From positions 1 through 19,280 of the forward strand of contig JAYVCD010000036.1 in the NCBI GenBank assembly GCA_043750125.1: a DNA stretch of 19,280 nt. The letters are read 5' to 3'. Below the pieces are notes generated by a model. It was not told the DNA's origin and did not search any database. It saw nothing but the letters and a program-made list of their open reading frames with translations. Shown here piece by piece: positions 15,254-19,280 of this stretch (positions are counted from its first letter, which is position 1; every line of letters begins with the position of its first letter). The translations under genes and the position numbers were made by a program. Source of the stretch: Archangiaceae bacterium. Its GTDB lineage: Bacteria; Myxococcota; Myxococcia; Myxococcales; Myxococcaceae.

Positions 15254-16546
15254 TTACGGCATTTCGGTGTGACCCTGCCGACGCAAGAAGGTGGGGATGT
15301 CGAACTGGTCTTCATCGAGCGGCAGGCTGGCATCGCGGGTGTGAGCGATGCGAGGGCTCTGCAGCTTGTGCTCCGACGACAGCGTGCGTGAGCCGACCTT
15401 CGCCGGAACCAACGTGGCGAGCTCTTCCCGGTGGGTGGTGGGGGCCAGGCTGGAAGCAGAGGGGACCGGCGCGGGCGCGGTGACGGTCACCGCCGGCTGA
15501 GCAGTGATGGTTGGAGCCGCGCGGTAGCTGAGCGGCACCTGCACCTGCAGCGGGCGTTCGATGATCACCGGCGGGCGGCGGGTCTGGGTCGCGGCCGGGG
15601 AAAACCCGGTGGCGATGATGGTGATCTTCACCTCGTCCTTGGCGTTCTCGTCGATCAGCGAGCCGAAGATGATGTTGCACTCCGGGTCCGCGGCGTCGTG
15701 CGCGAGGGTGAGCGCCTCGTTGACTTCCTGAATGTTGAGGTCGCGCCCGCCGGTGATGTTGATCAGCATTCCGCGCGCCCCGTCGATGCTGACTTCCTCG
15801 AGCAGCGGGCTGGAAATCGCCTGTTCCATCGCGCGCAGCGCCCGCTTGTCGCCCGCCGCGCGACCGGTGCCCATCAGCGCCAGGCCCTGCTCGCCCATGA
15901 TGGTCTTCACGTCTGCGAAGTCGACGTTGATGTACCCGTGGTACTGAATCAGGTCGGAAATTCCCTGCACCGCGTTGAGCAGCACTTCGTCGGCGCGCTT
16001 GAAGGTGTCGAGCAGCGGCATCGGCTCGGTGCACAGGCTGAGCAGGCGCTGGTTGGGAATCGTGATCAAGGTGTCGACGGCGGCCTTCAGCTCTTGCAGG
16101 CCCTGCTCGGCGGCCTTTCGACGGCGGTTGCCTTCGAACATGAACGGCTTGGTGACCACGCCGACGGTCAGCGCGCCCAGCGACTTGGCGATGTCCGCGA
16201 CGACCGGAGCTGCGCCGGTGCCCGTGCCACCGCCCATACCGGCGGTAACGAAGACCATGTCGGCGCCTTCGAGCGCGGCGGCGATCTCGTCGCGCGACTC
16301 GGTGGCGGCCTGGCGACCGATCTCAGGGTTCGCGCCGGCGCCCAGCCCTCGGGTGAGCTCCTTTCCGATCTGCAACCGAATCGGCGCCTGATTGTTGGCG
16401 AGCGCCTGGACATCGGTGTTGAGCGCGATGAAGTCGACCCGGTCGAGCCGGTTGGCAATCATCGTGTTCACGGCATTGCTGCCTGCTCCGCCGACACCGA
16501 CGACGCGGATGCGTGCTGCCTGCTTGTTCTGATCGAACTGGTCCAT
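15254..16546 (-). CDS. ftsZ: Cell division protein FtsZ
   Basis: [21 protein letters not shown], tubulin signature [10 protein letters not shown]7 loop INVDFADV, C-terminal core [15 protein letters not shown]. Confidence 0.99.
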   Translation of the reverse strand: MDQFDQNKQAARIRVVGVGGAGSNAVNTMIANRLDRVDFIALNTDVQALANNQAPIRLQIGKELTRGLGAGANPEIGRQAATESRDEIAAALEGADMVFVTAGMGGGTGTGAAPVVADIAKSLGALTVGVVTKPFMFEGNRRRKAAEQGLQELKAAVDTLITIPNQRLLSLCTEPMPLLDTFKRADEVLLNAVQGISDLIQYHGYINVDFADVKTIMGEQGLALMGTGRAAGDKRALRAMEQAISSPLLEEVSIDGARGMLINITGGRDLNIQEVNEALTLAHDAADPECNIIFGSLIDENAKDEVKITIIATGFSPAATQTRRPPVIIERPLQVQVPLSYRAAPTITAQPAVTVTAPAPVPSASSLAPTTHREELATLVPAKVGSRTLSSEHKLQSPRIAHTRDASLPLDEDQFDIPTFLRRQGHTEMP

Positions 16547-16631
16547 GTTGGAGCTCCGTTGAAGTGGTTTGATTTTCAGCCCGCACAGGCGGGTCGCAAG
16601 TTTTCAGCTACGTGGCTGTAGCAAAGGCTCT

Positions 16632-17867
16632 TCAGAAGACTTCCTTCAGCCACTCGCTCATGCGGCCTTTGACCTTGCGAAAGACGTTTTCCTCGCGAAT
16701 CCGGAACAGGCGGCGGTCCTGGTGGCGGGCTCCGTAGACGACGAGGCCGACTCCGGTGGCGTAGATCGGACTTTTGACTACGTCGACCAGGCCGCCGATG
16801 CCGCGGGGGACGCCGCGGCGAACCGGAACGCCCATGATCTCTTCGGCCAGCTCGTTCATTCCGGGCAGCAGCGTCGAGCCGCCAGTAATGACGACGCCCG
16901 AGGTCAGCGCCTCGGAAAAGCCGTTGCGCTCGACCTCGTGGTGAACGAGCTGGAAGATCTCTTCTACCCGCGGCTCGAGGATGTCGCAGAGGATCTGCCG
17001 GCCCATCACCCGGGGCTCTCGGCCGCCGACCGAGGGGACTTCGATCATGTCCTGCTTGTCGACCATCGAGGACAGCGAGCAGCCGTACTTCTGCTTGATC
17101 CGCTCGGCCTCGTGAACCGGAGTGCGCAGGCCGACCGCGATGTCGTTGGTGAGGTTGTTGCCTCCGAGCGCAATCACCGCGGTGTGGACGATCGACCCGC
17201 CGTGGAAGATCGCGATGTCGGTGGTGCCGCCGCCGATGTCGACCAGGCAGACGCCGAGCTCTTTCTCTTCGTCGGTGAGGACCGCTTCAGAAGACGCCAG
17301 CGGCTGCAGCACGATGTCGGCGACGTTCAACCCGGTGCGGTTGGCGCACTTGACGATGTTCTGCGCGCTGGCCACTGCGCCGGTAACGATGTGGACCTTG
17401 GCCTCGAGCCGGTAGCCCGCCATGCCCAGCGGCTCTTTGATTCCGCCCTGGTCGTCGACGATGAATTCCTGGGGCAGCACGTGGATCACTTCGCGATCGA
17501 CGGGAATGTTGACCGTCTTCGCCTGCTCGATCACGCGCGCGATGTCTGCCTCGCGCACTTCCTTGTCTTTGAGCGCGACCACCCCGCGGCTGCCGAAGCC
17601 CTTGATGTGGCCCCCGGCAATCCCGGTGTAGACGTGGGTGATCTCGGTGCCGGCCATGGCTTCGGCCTCTTCAATCGCGCGGCGAATGCTCGCAACGGTG
17701 GCTTCGATGTTGACCACCACTCCCTTGCGCAGGCCCTTCGATGGGTGGCTGCCGATGCCGATGATGTCGATTCCGTCATCGGTGATCTCGCCGACAATGG
17801 CGCAAATCTTCGTCGTGCCGATGTCGAGGCCGACGATGATCTCTCCTCCCTTGCTGTTCTTCGCCAT
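16632..17867 (-). CDS. ftsA: Cell division protein FtsA
   Basis: GLDIGTTKI, LVDIGGGTTDIA, VITGG and YATGVGL actin-like motifs; C-terminal amphipathic helix (WLKEVF); GGAGG SD. Confidence 0.99.
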   Translation of the reverse strand: MAKNSKGGEIIVGLDIGTTKICAIVGEITDDGIDIIGIGSHPSKGLRKGVVVNIEATVASIRRAIEEAEAMAGTEITHVYTGIAGGHIKGFGSRGVVALKDKEVREADIARVIEQAKTVNIPVDREVIHVLPQEFIVDDQGGIKEPLGMAGYRLEAKVHIVTGAVASAQNIVKCANRTGLNVADIVLQPLASSEAVLTDEEKELGVCLVDIGGGTTDIAIFHGGSIVHTAVIALGGNNLTNDIAVGLRTPVHEAERIKQKYGCSLSSMVDKQDMIEVPSVGGREPRVMGRQILCDILEPRVEEIFQLVHHEVERNGFSEALTSGVVITGGSTLLPGMNELAEEIMGVPVRRGVPRGIGGLVDVVKSPIYATGVGLVVYGARHQDRRLFRIREENVFRKVKGRMSEWLKEVF

Positions 17868-17912
17868 TTTTTGACCTTCCTCCCAAGTGACGCTCCCCTT
17901 TCGGGCGAGCGG

Positions 17913-18782
17913 TTACTTCCCCGTCCGCTCTCCCCTTTCGGGGCGGGCAGACGAAACGTTCGTTTGCAATGAAACCGTGACCGACGCAGGCCTCGCGCGG
18001 TTGTCGAGTCGAATGACCGAAGCGGTGAGCGCGCGGGCCTTCAGTTCCTGACGCACGCGCGCGAGCCGGGCCAGCTTCTCGGTCCACCCGTCGTCGCCCA
18101 GCTGCACCTGCTCGCCGGCGGCGGTGACCAGGGTCAGGCCTTCGAGCTCGAGGTGAACTTCCGAAAGGGGAGCGGACTTCCCCGCCGACGCCGCATAGCT
18201 CTGAGCCAAAGCCAGCGCCTGAGTGAGGCGAAGCACGGTCTCGTCGTGGCGAGCCACGTAGTCCTCGCGCTCGATGCCAGTGACGATCGGAAGATCGAGC
18301 GCGTCGGAAGGCTGCACCCGCTTGAAGGGCTCGCCGTCCTCGTCGAGCAGGTAGAGGTCGCCGAGCGAGACCATCGCGACCGGGCGGTGCTCGGTGATTT
18401 GAACTTCGAGCGTCTGGGGAAAGTGGCGGTTGGCGCGCGCGGTTTTGACCCACGGGTGGTTGGCGACGATCAGCCGTTCGACGGCGAGCGCGTCGAGCGC
18501 GAACAGATTTTGCCCCAGCTGCACGGCCCCCACGCGCGAGAGCTCGGCGTCACTGGCGTGGACGTTGCCGCTGAAATGAAGCGTGGTGATCGCGAAGCGC
18601 GGAGACTGGCGCGCCCAGCCGAACAGCGCGTTCGCACCGAAGACCATCGCAATGCACGCGAAGACCGCGCCCACCACCCGCAGCAGCACGGGGGCAAGGG
18701 AAGATGCGACGGCCTTGATCTCGGCCGTCTTCTTCGTCACGTCGACGCGTTTGCGATTTTTCTTCGAGCGAAAAATCATCAT
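17913..18782 (-). CDS. ftsQ: Cell division protein FtsQ/DivIB
   Basis: Basic N-terminus and one TM helix; POTRA domain (F.I..L.FSGN..GQNLF.LD..HPWVKTA..NRHFPQTL.V.I.EH.P); 'LPIVTG'; located between ddl and ftsA. Start is 18782 or 18779. Confidence 0.93.
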   Translation of the reverse strand: MMIFRSKKNRKRVDVTKKTAEIKAVASSLAPVLLRVVGAVFACIAMVFGANALFGWARQSPRFAITTLHFSGNVHASDAELSRVGAVQLGQNLFALDALAVERLIVANHPWVKTARANRHFPQTLEVQITEHRPVAMVSLGDLYLLDEDGEPFKRVQPSDALDLPIVTGIEREDYVARHDETVLRLTQALALAQSYAASAGKSAPLSEVHLELEGLTLVTAAGEQVQLGDDGWTEKLARLARVRQELKARALTASVIRLDNRARPASVTVSLQTNVSSARPERGERTGK

Positions 18783-18947
18783 CTTTTGGCCTTCGCGCTG
18801 TGGGGCACAGCAATTCGGGCAGGTGATCCAGGGGGGGTGTGCTGCGGGTGAATCGTCGATCCCCGAGGGGCGCTCGGCAATTTTTCGTCTACAGAGACGT
18901 GGTTGTAGCGATGTGGGGGGGTGTCAGATCGTTTCATCGGATCTCGA

Positions 18948-19280
18948 TCAGGCCTTGAGCGACGCGCTCAAAAGCAGGCGCTCACAAAGTTGGGGGAAGG
19001 CGATTCCTCGGCCCGCGGCGATTTTTGGCAGCAGGCTCGAGCCGGTCATTCCCGGCAGGGTGTTGACTTCGAGCAGAAGGGTCTGCCCGTCTGGAGTGAT
19101 GATCACGTCCGAGCGACTTGCGCCCGAGCACCCCAAAGCGCGGTGGGCGGCAAGGCAGGTCTGGTTCACCTTCGCGTAGAGGTCGGGAGGAAGCGGAGCC
19201 GGAAAAAGATACTGGGTGCCCGAGTCGGCGCCGTATTTGGCCTGGTAGTCGTAGAACTCGCGGGCGGGGACGATCTCGAT
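18948..19280 (-). CDS. ddl: D-alanine--D-alanine ligase (3' part; starts beyond the right edge)
   Basis: Frame open to the edge: IEIVPAREFYDYQAKY...PAPL...AHRALGCSGASRSD...LLEVNTLPGMTGSSLLP. Omega-loop YDY.AKY and EVNTLPG motifs. Confidence 0.97.
   Translation of the reverse strand: MEIVPAREFYDYQAKYGADSGTQYLFPAPLPPDLYAKVNQTCLAAHRALGCSGASRSDVIITPDGQTLLLEVNTLPGMTGSSLLPKIAAGRGIAFPQLCERLLLSASLKA

Noticed and set aside
15431..17972. Long plus-strand ORFs of 396 and 467 aa
   Set aside because: Antisense shadows of ftsZ and ftsA.
18799..18916. DnaA box or MraZ repeats upstream of ftsQ (TGTGGGGCA, GTGG words)
   Set aside because: Several mismatches to TTATCCACA, and the GTGG words are not in 10-bp phase.

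Overview
GC-rich bacterial DNA, very probably from a myxobacterium: it has a TIGR02266-type PilZ protein, many Cys-rich lipoproteins and an ftsQ starting with a basic 'KKNRKR' segment. Left to right: (1) a minus-strand unit acyP - DUF3052 - structured ~295-nt spacer - RNase E/G - PilZ - YihY-family protein (runs off the left edge); (2) a divergent orphan N6-adenine DNA methyltransferase; (3) a lipoprotein with two 12-Cys repeats behind a possible sigma54 promoter; (4) a minus-strand DUF4159 + vWA/GATase-like membrane protein pair; (5) three membrane-associated hypothetical genes; (6) six consecutive uncharacterised lipoprotein genes, including two paralogous 6-Cys mini-lipoproteins flanking an SseB-like lipoprotein; (7) the distal end of the dcw cluster, ddl (partial)-ftsQ-ftsA-ftsZ. 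I saw no tRNA, rRNA, CRISPR array or transposase. The best candidates for undescribed biology are the lipoprotein island, the Type ISP-like orphan MTase, the structured rne leader and a 13-bp motif shared upstream of ftsQ and ftsZ. All family calls come from motif recognition by eye, not from database searches.
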